Source: a virus
Taxonomy: Duplodnaviria; Caudoviricetes
Reading direction: 5' to 3' (one strand)
Virus record (IMG/VR): IMGVR_UViG_3300042691_033915
Span: 1,005-65,004 of that record
Length of the DNA stretch: 64,000 nt
The notes under the pieces were generated by a model. That model had not been told where the DNA came from, ran no database searches, and saw only the letters and a list, made by a program, of their open reading frames with translations. Positions 7,952 through 17,550 of this stretch are shown here, piece after piece (position 1 is the first letter of the stretch; the number at the start of each line of letters is the position of its first letter). The translations under genes and the position numbers were made by a program.

Positions 7952-10099
7952 CTACTTCTTTCCCTTGCTTTGGCGAGATACCTTTGTTGACCACGTCTTC
8001 CCAGGGTCTCCGCCCCATAGTGCCCATGCGATGCGGCCATTGCTCGGGAATCCCTCTGACCCTGGAGCCCAGCCCTTGCCCTGCTTGTCAACTTCGTGGC
8101 GGGCAAAGTACGCGCTCATCTTTCGGATTCGGGCTAGTGTCAAACGGTTGCCAATAATCATCCGTGCGGTAGCCTGGCCTGGGCCAATGCCGCCACGGCC
8201 AAACTCCTCGCGCCACTTCAAGCCCTTTCGGGCTTCTGCCTTAGCGCCGGCTGGGGCGACAGTGCTTGCGCCCTCCTTCTGGGTCTCAATCGGGTCGTTC
8301 TCAATGTTGACTGCCACAAACGAGGCGCCAATCTTCTTGTACTCTTCGGCAAGCTCGCTAGTCTTTTCAATAATCTCCAGTTCGCCGTTTCGCATTAGCT
8401 TACTTGCGGCGTAGAGTCGGAAGCGATTTTCGGTGCCCTCTGGCCACGTGTTGATAATCAAATCGTCATACGGGATCTTGTCTTCTTGAAGCCACTCGGC
8501 AATCTCTTCCTTGTCGTTCTTAAACCCGACAACAATGGCAATGCGTCGACCGGAATCCTTTGCCTCAGTGATTGCCTCGGCAACCTTTGGGCGAACTTCC
8601 CAGTCCTCGTCGTAGAGAGCCTCAATGCCAATCATCAAGCCAAGGAGTGCCTTGCTGGTTTGCTGTTGTGGGCTCATGGTTTCGCCCTGATTTGGCTCTT
8701 CGCCTGGGTTGTCTGGCCCGCCCTGCGCCGGTGCTGCCCCGCCGCCGTCTGGCTCGTTAGGGTCAGTTGGTGGGGTTGGACCGTCCGGGCCTTCAGGCTT
8801 GGCAAGCGCAACGTCAAGATACTCTTCGTAGCGAGAGAGCGGGATATAGCCCTTGGGCGAAGGAACAAAGATGTCATCGCCCATGCCGCCAATGCCCTCA
8901 TGACCACGCTCCTGCAAAGCCTCGTTCAGCTTCAGCCACGGCATGCCCGAAAGCGCAGCCTTGTAATAGCTAGACATAGTGCTTTGGCTTTCTCGGCCAA
9001 CCTCTGTGTAGACAAAGCGAAGGTTCTTGTCGTAGCGCCAAATGATTTCTCGGGTCATGTATTCAGCAATCAGGTCAAGCAGCGGGGCAATGCCGTTGTC
9101 GGCGGTAAATGCTGCTCCAACCTCTGCGCTTGCACGGTTGACGTCCATAGTAATGCCGATGTCTTGTGGCTGCACGCCAAATACGGCGCAGATCTTGCGG
9201 GCGAGGTAGACCTGCCACTCCATGAACTGCATGTCGCGGTTCGACGAGGCAAGTGGAATCCATTGCACGCCCTTGCCGCCGCCGGTAATGGCAATCTGGC
9301 TGCGTCCGGAAATCTCCGTGTCCCAATACGCCTTAAATGAATCAACCTGGTCTGCGCGGATGCCTTCGCCAAGATGCAATACGCCCGGAGGCGCTGCCTG
9401 GGAAACTGCCTTTGCGTTGTAGGCGGCAGCCGTAAGGTCAGCCTCAATCGTGTCCGCAAGAACTTCTAGCGGAGAGAGTCCGATAGGCGAATAAGTAACA
9501 GGGTTTGCAATGATGACCAAAAGCTCATGGTTCTTAAACTTGCGAATCTGCCGACCAGTTTCGTCAACCTCAAAATATCGCGGGTCGGTGTCGTTTTCCC
9601 CGTCCCACTCATTATTGAAAGCAATGCTGCCCCCGTTCTTTGCAATGAGTTCGGCTACTGGCTTTGCTCCTTCAAGCCCAATAGCGCCACCACGCGTCGG
9701 AATGACTTCAATGCAGCCCTGATCAAGCACGAGAATGTCTTCGACAACTGGCTCAATAAGGGAGCGCCAGGAGTCCATGCGGCGGTTTGGGTAGCGCAAA
9801 AGCTCCTTGACCTGGTTAATCTTTCGAATTGTGCCGCGCTGCTCTCCGTCGTAGGTAACAATGTCCCACTTGGCGCGACTAACTTGCTGGCGGCGAAGGT
9901 TGATTGCAGCGCGAATCCATGGGTTGCTGCGGGACCACTTGCGGAGCTGGAGTACGCTTCTGCGAGTCATTTGAACGCTGCCTACGCCACGGGCGTATGG
10001 CCCAATGTCATAGTCAGGAACAATGGCTGACCCACCGCTCTTTACGCTTGTGGTGTCTCGATTCAGTATCCGGTCAATTAGCGACCTATCGTCTGCCAT
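7952..10099 (-). CDS. HK97-family portal protein with two C-terminal accessory domains
   Basis: LLRYPNRR, GLSPLEVL, PPGVL, DMQFME..RKICAVFGVQPQDIG, LNEA. Then a Pro/Gly linker, a HAD-like segment and a RIAWALWGGD domain. Confidence 0.9.
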   Translation of the reverse strand: MADDRSLIDRILNRDTTSVKSGGSAIVPDYDIGPYARGVGSVQMTRRSVLQLRKWSRSNPWIRAAINLRRQQVSRAKWDIVTYDGEQRGTIRKINQVKELLRYPNRRMDSWRSLIEPVVEDILVLDQGCIEVIPTRGGAIGLEGAKPVAELIAKNGGSIAFNNEWDGENDTDPRYFEVDETGRQIRKFKNHELLVIIANPVTYSPIGLSPLEVLADTIEADLTAAAYNAKAVSQAAPPGVLHLGEGIRADQVDSFKAYWDTEISGRSQIAITGGGKGVQWIPLASSNRDMQFMEWQVYLARKICAVFGVQPQDIGITMDVNRASAEVGAAFTADNGIAPLLDLIAEYMTREIIWRYDKNLRFVYTEVGRESQSTMSSYYKAALSGMPWLKLNEALQERGHEGIGGMGDDIFVPSPKGYIPLSRYEEYLDVALAKPEGPDGPTPPTDPNEPDGGGAAPAQGGPDNPGEEPNQGETMSPQQQTSKALLGLMIGIEALYDEDWEVRPKVAEAITEAKDSGRRIAIVVGFKNDKEEIAEWLQEDKIPYDDLIINTWPEGTENRFRLYAASKLMRNGELEIIEKTSELAEEYKKIGASFVAVNIENDPIETQKEGASTVAPAGAKAEARKGLKWREEFGRGGIGPGQATARMIIGNRLTLARIRKMSAYFARHEVDKQGKGWAPGSEGFPSNGRIAWALWGGDPGKTWSTKVSRQSKGKK

Positions 10100-10324
10100 T
10101 TAGCCTCTCCCTCGAATTCCGCCTCGCAGTGCCCTGCGGAAGATTGAATCCGTCATTTGCTTGTTTACGTGGTCTTGCATTTCTGCTCTCGTGCAGGATA
10201 CCACTCTTCTCCCGTTGCGATACGTTACCGTGTGCTGCGACATGTATTGGCTCCACCATACAGGAACTACGCAGGTAATATCAACAAACTCAACCTCTAC
10301 GGTTGATTGAATGTCAGGATTCAT
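10100..10324 (-). CDS. hypothetical protein
   Basis: Abuts the portal start; 74 aa. Confidence 0.6.
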   Translation of the reverse strand: MNPDIQSTVEVEFVDITCVVPVWWSQYMSQHTVTYRNGRRVVSCTRAEMQDHVNKQMTDSIFRRALRGGIRGRG

Positions 10325-10748
10325 TATCTGTCAATGACTCCAACGCCCAAGCCCTGGCTTCGGCTTCGGCTTCTTCTAGGGTTGGCAAATTCGCCTCTTC
10401 TATCTCTTCTTCCTTTTGCAATATTTCGTCAAGTCTCTGGTGGTATTTTCTTGCCTGAGGAACGCTCATCCGAAGGGACTTTAAATGCTTGTGGCAATTC
10501 GGGCAAACCGCGTAACGCTTTTGACCCTTGGCCCGTGGGACCATTGGTTCAAGGACTAGGTTTTGCTCCGTGTGGGATTCCCCGACCAGGATGGTGCACA
10601 GGGCGCACCGGAAGTGGGCCTTGCGCTGGTGATCGTAGCTTTCCAAGATTGGCTGGATGGTTCTTTGTAGGCGAAGGAGCGCCGACGCCAAGTCCTGGAC
10701 CTCAGAACCCGACTCGCGTATCTGTTCGCAAAGTATGCATTTTTCCAT
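10314..10748 (-). CDS. hypothetical protein with three CxxC motifs
   Basis: CILC, CALC, CPNC; TGA-TAACAT 7 nt before the ATG. Confidence 0.7.
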   Translation of the reverse strand: MEKCILCEQIRESGSEVQDLASALLRLQRTIQPILESYDHQRKAHFRCALCTILVGESHTEQNLVLEPMVPRAKGQKRYAVCPNCHKHLKSLRMSVPQARKYHQRLDEILQKEEEIEEANLPTLEEAEAEARAWALESLTDNES

Positions 10749-10905
10749 AGGGGGTATGTTATCATGCTTTCAAGATGGTATGACACTAGACACACAACTG
10801 CGTGCAGATACTATAGGTATAGATTTGTAGCGCGTTGTGTTACAGGATAAAGCATGTGTATTATCTATCCGCTGACCAAGTTGCGTCGGCCATATAGGGG
10901 GAATC
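10749..10905. promoter_or_regulatory. divergent promoter region between portal and head operons
   Basis: AT-richer 157-bp gap between divergent genes. Contains TAACAT (- strand), TACTAT (+ strand) and an AGGGGG RBS. Confidence 0.6.
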
Positions 10906-12672
10906 ATGTCTGATTTCAAGATCTATACAAACGCGTTGAAGGCCTACGAGGCTGATAACGGCGACCGATTCGTAACTGGAACTACCTCCTCAACAATTAG
11001 GGACCTTCATGGAGATGAGATGACCCTATCTGCCTTGAAGAGCATGGAAGCTACCGCCAAGCAGAATATGACTATTTGGCTAAATCACGAATACCAGGTT
11101 CCGGACGACCTTTTTGGCTCCGTCAAGGACGCGCGCATTGTGAAGCGCATTGACGCAACCGGCCAAGAGGTCTTTGACCTTGATGTCGATATATCTGTTG
11201 TTTCTGAGGACGAGAACCCAGAAGCAATTCGTGCTTACCGCGCAATCAAGCGCGGTGTCAAGCTCGGGCTTTCAATTGGTGCGAAGGTTGACAGAGTTAG
11301 CAAAAAGGTTGACAAGTCAACTGGAGAAGAGACATATGTCATTGACAGTGTCAAGTTGATGGAGGCATCGGTTGTTGGTATTCCGGCAAACCAGCGTTCA
11401 TATCTACAGAATGCTGTAAAGAGCCTTCGTGGTGCTTCCCGGGCGGAAATGGACGAGCTCGTGGCTAAGGCTGTTGAGGTCGAGGGCCAGGCTGGAGCCG
11501 ATAAGGCCCCGCTTATTGGCGCGCTGTACACGCTCCTTGCCGAGGCAACCAGTTTCTACCTAAAGGCGCATGGCGCCCATTGGAACGTTGTCGGCGAAGA
11601 GTTTGCCCAATATCATGAGCTCTTCCAGGAAATTTACGAAGACGTTCATGAATCACTTGATCCAATTGCAGAAAACCTTCGCAAGCTAAACTCGGCAGCT
11701 CCTTTTGAGCTGAAGGATTTGGCCCGAATGACCAACGACGCCCCACAGGCGGAGGGCTACGAAGCCGAAGCCCTTGCCTCTAATCTTTATGCTGCCAACG
11801 AATCACTGCTGGAAAACATCATGGTTGCCTTTAAGGCTGCCACTGATGCCAACCAGCAGGGGGTTGCTAATTTCCTGGCCGAGCGCCAGGACATGCACCA
11901 GAAGTGGTCGTGGCAGCTCCGGGCTTCTCTTACTGAGGAGTCGGGCGAGGCTGAAAAGTCAGGCGAGGCAGAAGTACTGTCCTCAGCAATGAAGCAAAAC
12001 AAAGGCCCACAGGGCAACCCATTGGAGGTAAAGAGCGTGGAAAACGAGACCATTAACCCTGAGGCTATTGAGCCTGCCGCCGAGGAGGTTGTCGCCGTTG
12101 AGGAGACTGCCGCCGAAGAGGAGCCAAAGCCACATCACATTGCCGTACTTGAAGAGTTCGGCGCAGAAGTTGTCAAGGATACCGACCTAGAGATTGCCGC
12201 TCGGCAGGCCCAGGCGGCCGCCGATGCAGCAGCTGCTGTAGAGCCAGAGGCACCAGCAGAAGAGAAGGTCGAAGAAGCCCCCGTTGTGGAGGCACCAGCC
12301 GTTGAGCCAGAGGCTCCGGCGGAAGCTCCAGCAACGGAAATTGAACATGCCGCAGAGCCTGAAGCTGCTGCGGATGATAAGTCGGCCGATACAGCAGCCC
12401 TTGCCGAGGTCGCCGAAATTGCCAAGTCTGCGCTAGATGCAGCACTTGCCGCACAGGCAGAAGTAACTGCTCTTAAGAAGAGCGTTGCCGAAGTCATTGC
12501 TGCAAAGGCCAAGGTCGAGCTGGAGTTGGAAAAGACATTGGACCTGGTTGGCAGACTGATTGACGTCCCCGTCGGTCATGTTCCAGCCTTCAAGCGCGCC
12601 ACGGGAGAGATGGCAACATCCGCCCCTTGGCTAAGCCCATACATCCAGCGTGTGCTGGAGACTCAGGAGTAA
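10906..12672 (+). CDS. HK97 prohead protease - Dps/ferritin-like domain - scaffold fusion
   Basis: Protease motifs RDLHGD, WLNH, GLSIG, EASVVGIPAN (aa 1-175). Dps motifs AHWNVVG..YHELF..DPIAE (aa ~200-343). Ala/Glu-rich coiled-coil tail. Confidence 0.9.
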   Translation: MSDFKIYTNALKAYEADNGDRFVTGTTSSTIRDLHGDEMTLSALKSMEATAKQNMTIWLNHEYQVPDDLFGSVKDARIVKRIDATGQEVFDLDVDISVVSEDENPEAIRAYRAIKRGVKLGLSIGAKVDRVSKKVDKSTGEETYVIDSVKLMEASVVGIPANQRSYLQNAVKSLRGASRAEMDELVAKAVEVEGQAGADKAPLIGALYTLLAEATSFYLKAHGAHWNVVGEEFAQYHELFQEIYEDVHESLDPIAENLRKLNSAAPFELKDLARMTNDAPQAEGYEAEALASNLYAANESLLENIMVAFKAATDANQQGVANFLAERQDMHQKWSWQLRASLTEESGEAEKSGEAEVLSSAMKQNKGPQGNPLEVKSVENETINPEAIEPAAEEVVAVEETAAEEEPKPHHIAVLEEFGAEVVKDTDLEIAARQAQAAADAAAAVEPEAPAEEKVEEAPVVEAPAVEPEAPAEAPATEIEHAAEPEAAADDKSADTAALAEVAEIAKSALDAALAAQAEVTALKKSVAEVIAAKAKVELELEKTLDLVGRLIDVPVGHVPAFKRATGEMATSAPWLSPYIQRVLETQE

Positions 12673-12678
12673 TAAATC

Positions 12679-13905
12679 ATGAGCGACCACCGAGAGATCC
12701 TAGGCGGATTCGAGAAGGGTCTTGAAACCCTTAACGAGTCCGTAGTGACCCGCGATTCGGGCACCGGGAAGACTTTCGACGCCGCCGAGGCCTACGCGAT
12801 TCAGAAGGACCTTCGCAAGAAGTTCTCGAAGATGAACACGTCCGACCTTCACGAGATGCTTGACATTCAGGCAGCCCGCGAGACCGGCAAGCAGGCTTCG
12901 TCCGACGTCCTTAATCAGTTGGCAGTTGCTAATCCCAACATTGCCAAGCTTCTTGACAGCAGCGGCGGCGCGGCTCTTATCCGACAGGACTTGGAGCCAA
13001 TCCTCTATTCGCTGTTTGTAAAGAAGTTCCCATTCTTCGAGCGCATTCGCAAGGAGCCGGCAAACGGCCTCGTGCACGCGTTCAACCAGCAGACCGCTTA
13101 CGGTACCGCCGTCTTCCAGACGGAAAGCGGCACCGTGACCGATGATGCCGCGACCTACGTTCGCCAGACGACCAATGTGGCCGTTCTTGCGACACGACGC
13201 GGTATCACGCTGAAGTCGCAGTTCGCCCTTAACCAGGGTGGCGGCCCATTCAACGGGCTTTCGACCGAGCTTGCCTCGGGCGTAACTGCTATTGCAGCGA
13301 AGCTCCAGACTTCTCTCTTCCAGGGCAACGCCACTGTCACCACGGGTGCAGGCGCAGCCACCGAGCTTGGCGCGTATGACGCGAACGGGTTTGATGGTCT
13401 TCGCAAGCAGCTTGGTAACGCAGCTGGTACGTCCCAGCGAGTCAACAAGTCATCCGCTACGTATCTTTCAACGATCAATTCGAACGTTGCATCGATTCTT
13501 AACGCGGGTGGAAACCCAACGGCAATCCTTGCTTCGCCAACGGATTACGCTGGTCTTGTTAACGAAGTAACCAACCTTGTTCGATACAATGCCCCATCGC
13601 AGGGCCAGCAGGTTATGGGCCTCACCCTTGGCACCGTTGTTACGGCTGCCGGTGAGCTTCCAATCCTGTCGGTTCCTGGCGACAGCATTGGTTCGTACTC
13701 GATCAGCACAGACTCGTACCGCGACATGTATGTCGTAGACGAGGATTCCTGGTCGATGCCGTACCTCGGCTCGGACTCGATCACGACGCTGGAGATTCCA
13801 GTCGGCGTGAACGGTGCCCTTTCGCGCCTTTACATTATGTATGTAATGTTTGGTCTTGCGAACAAGGCACCTCAGTTCAACGGCAAGATCCGCGTCACCG
13901 CGTAA
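12679..13905 (+). CDS. major capsid protein
   Basis: 408 aa, directly after the protease/scaffold, GGAG RBS, followed by a terminator. LFQGN and FDGLRK are typical of HK97-fold capsids. Confidence 0.85.
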   Translation: MSDHREILGGFEKGLETLNESVVTRDSGTGKTFDAAEAYAIQKDLRKKFSKMNTSDLHEMLDIQAARETGKQASSDVLNQLAVANPNIAKLLDSSGGAALIRQDLEPILYSLFVKKFPFFERIRKEPANGLVHAFNQQTAYGTAVFQTESGTVTDDAATYVRQTTNVAVLATRRGITLKSQFALNQGGGPFNGLSTELASGVTAIAAKLQTSLFQGNATVTTGAGAATELGAYDANGFDGLRKQLGNAAGTSQRVNKSSATYLSTINSNVASILNAGGNPTAILASPTDYAGLVNEVTNLVRYNAPSQGQQVMGLTLGTVVTAAGELPILSVPGDSIGSYSISTDSYRDMYVVDEDSWSMPYLGSDSITTLEIPVGVNGALSRLYIMYVMFGLANKAPQFNGKIRVTA

Positions 13906-13925
13906 TCTTTTCGATAGGAACTTAC

Positions 13926-13960
13926 GTAGAGGCGGGGCTTATGCCCCGCCTCTACTATTT
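13926..13960 (+). terminator. intrinsic terminator after capsid gene
   Basis: GTAGAGGCGGGGC-TTAT-GCCCCGCCTCTAC (perfect 13-bp stem) followed by TATTT. Confidence 0.8.
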
Positions 13961-13970
13961 AGAGGTAAAA

Positions 13971-14222
13971 ATGCCGCGTAAGAAAATCATTAAACCGCTT
14001 ACCATGGAAGAGCATGCAGCCAACCTTGCCAAAAAGCACATTCGGCAAGTTGCCTTCAGGAAATCAGAACAGATTGTTGAAGTAGAATGGAGCATGGATG
14101 GCGTACTTGGGCTGGACGACGGATACTTTGCGCGCTTTGTAAACAAAAGAGCAAAGATACCTGCGCGATATCTGGACAGCGCCGAGCGCAGCGGTTGCCG
14201 CTTGGTACGTAGCGAAACGTAG
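13971..14222 (+). CDS. hypothetical protein
   Basis: GAGGT RBS, ATG at 13971. Confidence 0.65.
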   Translation: MPRKKIIKPLTMEEHAANLAKKHIRQVAFRKSEQIVEVEWSMDGVLGLDDGYFARFVNKRAKIPARYLDSAERSGCRLVRSET

Positions 14223-14269
14223 ATAGACTCCCTATGGCGTCAAACCGATAAATTTTGGAGAATACGAAT

Positions 14270-15205
14270 ATGGCTGTAAAACTGACAATCAACGTTTCAG
14301 ACATCCAGACCGCCGTGGCAACGTATAACGCCATCCAGGTGGGCAGGGCAGCCACGTCCGCAGATGCTGCGGCTCAAAATGGCACATTCACCAATCTTGG
14401 CTCTGTCATTACCCTTAACGCCGTTGTCTCTGCCTATGAATACACGGACACCGGCTGCGCAAGCAACCAGTGGAGCACGTGGCGCTTGTACAACACCAGC
14501 ACCCTTGCGGGCGGCTCCTGGGCAACCCCCGTGCAGGGTCAACCGCTCGGCTACATCACGGTTGACGAGTTCCGATCCTATGAGATTGGTGACCTGACCG
14601 ACCCAGACGGCACCCCACTTAGCGACCAGAAGATTGAGCGCCTTATTAAGGCTGCCGGCGGGCTTGCTGACTCCTACGTGGGCTACTCGTTTGAGTACGT
14701 GCAGAACAAGGAGAAGCACCCATGGAACCAAAAGAACCGCCGGATTTACGTGCGCCAGCGGCCCATCATTTCGGTTTCAGAGGTAAGCGTTCACGTCAGC
14801 GCCCAGCAAAGCGCTAAATTCACCATCAACGATTTCTACATTAACGAGGATCGCGGATACGTTGAGGTTACATCTCTTGCTGCTGTTACTTACTCGTTGT
14901 TCCCCGCCATTGTGGCCCTGGGAATGATCGAGCCCGTGGTAGAGATTACCTACACACACGGCTATCAGTCCGCCCCGCAGCCAGTAAAGGACGCCGTGGC
15001 ACTGATCACTGTAGACTTGCTGGCAAAGGACAACCTTATTAAGCAGGGTATGGGCGGGCTTTCCCGATTCCGTATTGGTGAGTTTGAGATGTACGCCGCA
15101 AACCCACAAGGGGAGCGCGAAGGCGGTAAGGCGGGAAACAGCATCAGAATCCCACGTTCCGCTATGGCTCTTCTTGACCAGTATCAGGGGACAGCACTGC
15201 GATGA
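14270..15205 (+). CDS. head-tail adaptor/connector with N-terminal extra domain
   Basis: YITVDEF..LIKAA..ADSYVG, ITYTHGY..PQPVKDAV, AMALLDQY; expected gene position. Confidence 0.75.
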   Translation: MAVKLTINVSDIQTAVATYNAIQVGRAATSADAAAQNGTFTNLGSVITLNAVVSAYEYTDTGCASNQWSTWRLYNTSTLAGGSWATPVQGQPLGYITVDEFRSYEIGDLTDPDGTPLSDQKIERLIKAAGGLADSYVGYSFEYVQNKEKHPWNQKNRRIYVRQRPIISVSEVSVHVSAQQSAKFTINDFYINEDRGYVEVTSLAAVTYSLFPAIVALGMIEPVVEITYTHGYQSAPQPVKDAVALITVDLLAKDNLIKQGMGGLSRFRIGEFEMYAANPQGEREGGKAGNSIRIPRSAMALLDQYQGTALR

Positions 15206-15528
15206 TTCCTGGATTCAATGCGTCTATCCAGCTTGCCCGTCCCGGGACAATATCGCAAGACGCCATGGGCACGCCCATCCGCACCACGTCGATAGTGTGG
15301 ACCAAGAAGGGGCACTACCAGAAGCGATACAACATTGAGAACCAGAATGACACCGGCCGCCGCGCGGAAGAGTTTTACGAGTTCTACCTTCCGTTCCTGA
15401 CTGGAACAAGCAGACCGGCGCCAGACGACCGCCTGGTTGTCCACGGCAAGACTTTTATTGTCATTGGTATCCTGCAAGAATCCCTGCGCCATCATCTAAC
15501 AGTGAAGGCAAGAATCTCCGAGGTATAA
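15202..15528 (+). CDS. head closure (head-tail joining) protein
   Basis: QDAMGTP, DDRLVVHGKTFIV, HH; ~108 aa; expected gene position. Confidence 0.7.
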   Translation: MIPGFNASIQLARPGTISQDAMGTPIRTTSIVWTKKGHYQKRYNIENQNDTGRRAEEFYEFYLPFLTGTSRPAPDDRLVVHGKTFIVIGILQESLRHHLTVKARISEV

Positions 15529-16143
15529 ATGAGCAAGGCCGTCAGGGTGCGCGTCAAAGGTGTGATTGGCGGACTTAGCGCGCTTGCAAAAAACTTAGGG
15601 GGAATACCCAAAGAGGCAGAGGCGCAATTTGCTCGGGCGGTCCAGGTTGCTGCGTTCCAGGCGGTGTATTCAGAAGTTGCCCCAAAGGCCGCGCAGGCCG
15701 CCCCGGTTGACTCTGGCGCATTTCAGGCCGGTCTCTCTGGTCAGTGGGGGGCATTTACCTCCAGCAAGCGCAAGGCTGCCAGATACTCAAACCCGGTTTT
15801 TGATCTAACGCCATACGGTGACGACATCACTGTCGAGTACGGAAGCGACCCATTTGAGGAATCAAAAGATGGTGGAGAGCATTACTACGGGCAGTATGTA
15901 AAGTTTAACGTTCAGAAGTACCGACCCATGATCAATCAAGCTGTAACCGGCGCGGTCAAAAGCGCTGCAGAAGAATTTCTGGTGCAACTTTTCGAGAGAG
16001 CGTTAGACAGGGCCTTTTTCCCAACGAAAACTGGGCGCGGATACGGAGCAGCAAAGCTTGCAACGCTGCCCCGTTCCCGTCAGTTAAAGATCTTCCGCCA
16101 GAGAAAGTACATGTTTATGAAGAGGCAACGTGGTGCCGCCTAG
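15529..16143 (+). CDS. HK97 gp10-like neck/tail completion protein
   Basis: AQAAPVDSG and YGQYV motifs; expected gene position. Confidence 0.6.
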   Translation: MSKAVRVRVKGVIGGLSALAKNLGGIPKEAEAQFARAVQVAAFQAVYSEVAPKAAQAAPVDSGAFQAGLSGQWGAFTSSKRKAARYSNPVFDLTPYGDDITVEYGSDPFEESKDGGEHYYGQYVKFNVQKYRPMINQAVTGAVKSAAEEFLVQLFERALDRAFFPTKTGRGYGAAKLATLPRSRQLKIFRQRKYMFMKRQRGAA

Positions 16144-17423
16144 GTAAGGCGAATCAGGTACTCCGCAGATACGCCGTCTGGGTGCTGGAACAACAGCCAC
16201 TGGCATGGCTCGCCAGCAGAAGCAAGCTGCTCCTGGGCGTAGGTGTTGCTGCTCTCTGTTGAGCCACCGTTCCAATGCACGATGCCGTTGAGGTACATCC
16301 GCACTGGCGTGTGGAAGTGACCAGCAACGCTGTAATCAAACGGGGCAACGGTCATATTCCAGCCCTGAATCTTCTTTCCAAATCCGTACCAAGGGAAGCC
16401 AGCAAAGCCGCCGCCAACCTGGTCGCCATGGAATAGGAACCAACGCTTGCCGTACACCTCGTCGGTGCCAAACCAAGCCCGCTCGCCCTTGGAGATGGTC
16501 TCTACCCAATCAACGTGCTTGATGTCCTTAACCAACATAGAAGCAACCTTGTACATCATTGCGTCGGCATTGGACTCTGGGTGGAACGTGCCCTTTCGGC
16601 CAAGTCGCCCATGGTTGCCAATTGCGCCAACAACACGGATGTTCTCAAAGGTTGCCGCCAATCGGCGAACAAGCCCAGCAAGGATTTCCGCGCCACGGAA
16701 GGTCTGGTTGTAGAGAGATGCGTCAATCAAGTGCGCCTGCCCAGGGAAGATGTCTTCTCCCTCAACTAGGTCGCCAAGCAGATACACCCGCAAATCCGTT
16801 ACTGGGTGGTCTGCTCGCTGAATCGCCACAAGTGACTCTACCTTTGCCGCAAGCAGCTCAATTCGCTCTGCGCAAATGTCGCTGTTGTAGGTTGGGGTAA
16901 TCTTGCCAAGCTGCCAGTCAGACAAAAGCAAGATGGCGGTTTCAGGTGCGCTCTTGCGCTTATCCTTGGCCGGAGCCTTAACGGTAGGAAGCGTAATGGC
17001 AGCAGCAGCGTCGCTTGCGGCCTGGTAAACAGCGCGAACCAGCTCTGCTCGGTCGTCGTCCTTTTGGGACAACTTGCGAAGGGCCGCGCGATGAGCCTGC
17101 TTCAACTGTTCAATCTCGCTTCGCACCGCTTCTGATGACAGCTCATCTTCTACAACCTTGGCAACAGCGTTGCGGTCAATTCGACCCTCGCTTGCAACCT
17201 TGGCGGCAAGCGTTCCAGGGAACACGTTGCGCACTGAGCCGTTGTGAACCCGCCTGTCAATAAACGAAGCCTTCCCGTTTAGAAGGGTGTTGCGCTTAAT
17301 GCGATAGGCGTTGGGTGTTCGGGTTGGATACTTTGCATGGAAATCTTCCCACTCCATGCTCACGGCATCCGCCTTCTCTTGGGGGGTCCATGAGAGCACT
17401 AATCGGTCATGACCTTTTTCCAC
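16140..17423 (-). CDS. calcineurin-like metallophosphoesterase with N-terminal coiled coil
   Basis: LSDWQLG, LGDLVEG, GNHGR, HGD, GHFH. GGAGG RBS supports GTG at 17423 rather than the track start at 17903. Confidence 0.85.
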   Translation of the reverse strand: MEKGHDRLVLSWTPQEKADAVSMEWEDFHAKYPTRTPNAYRIKRNTLLNGKASFIDRRVHNGSVRNVFPGTLAAKVASEGRIDRNAVAKVVEDELSSEAVRSEIEQLKQAHRAALRKLSQKDDDRAELVRAVYQAASDAAAAITLPTVKAPAKDKRKSAPETAILLLSDWQLGKITPTYNSDICAERIELLAAKVESLVAIQRADHPVTDLRVYLLGDLVEGEDIFPGQAHLIDASLYNQTFRGAEILAGLVRRLAATFENIRVVGAIGNHGRLGRKGTFHPESNADAMMYKVASMLVKDIKHVDWVETISKGERAWFGTDEVYGKRWFLFHGDQVGGGFAGFPWYGFGKKIQGWNMTVAPFDYSVAGHFHTPVRMYLNGIVHWNGGSTESSNTYAQEQLASAGEPCQWLLFQHPDGVSAEYLIRLT

Positions 17424-17550
17424 AAAACCTCCAATACTTCCGGCATAGTTGCCGCGCCCATAGTATACCCGCCACGCAACCTGCACGCATTTTTTTGCGT
17501 GTAGATGTCTGTGGGCTGGAATCTTACTGAATAGTTGGTAATCTACACAC

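Noticed and set aside
8486-9340. 284-aa + strand ORF (and similar ORFs at 3760..4404 and 4599..5261)
   Set aside because: Antisense to well-supported portal and replication genes.
10906-13905. Cellular encapsulin operon (ferritin-like cargo plus HK97 shell)
   Set aside because: Portal, terminase, neck and tail genes show this is a real phage head module. Only the analogy is retained.
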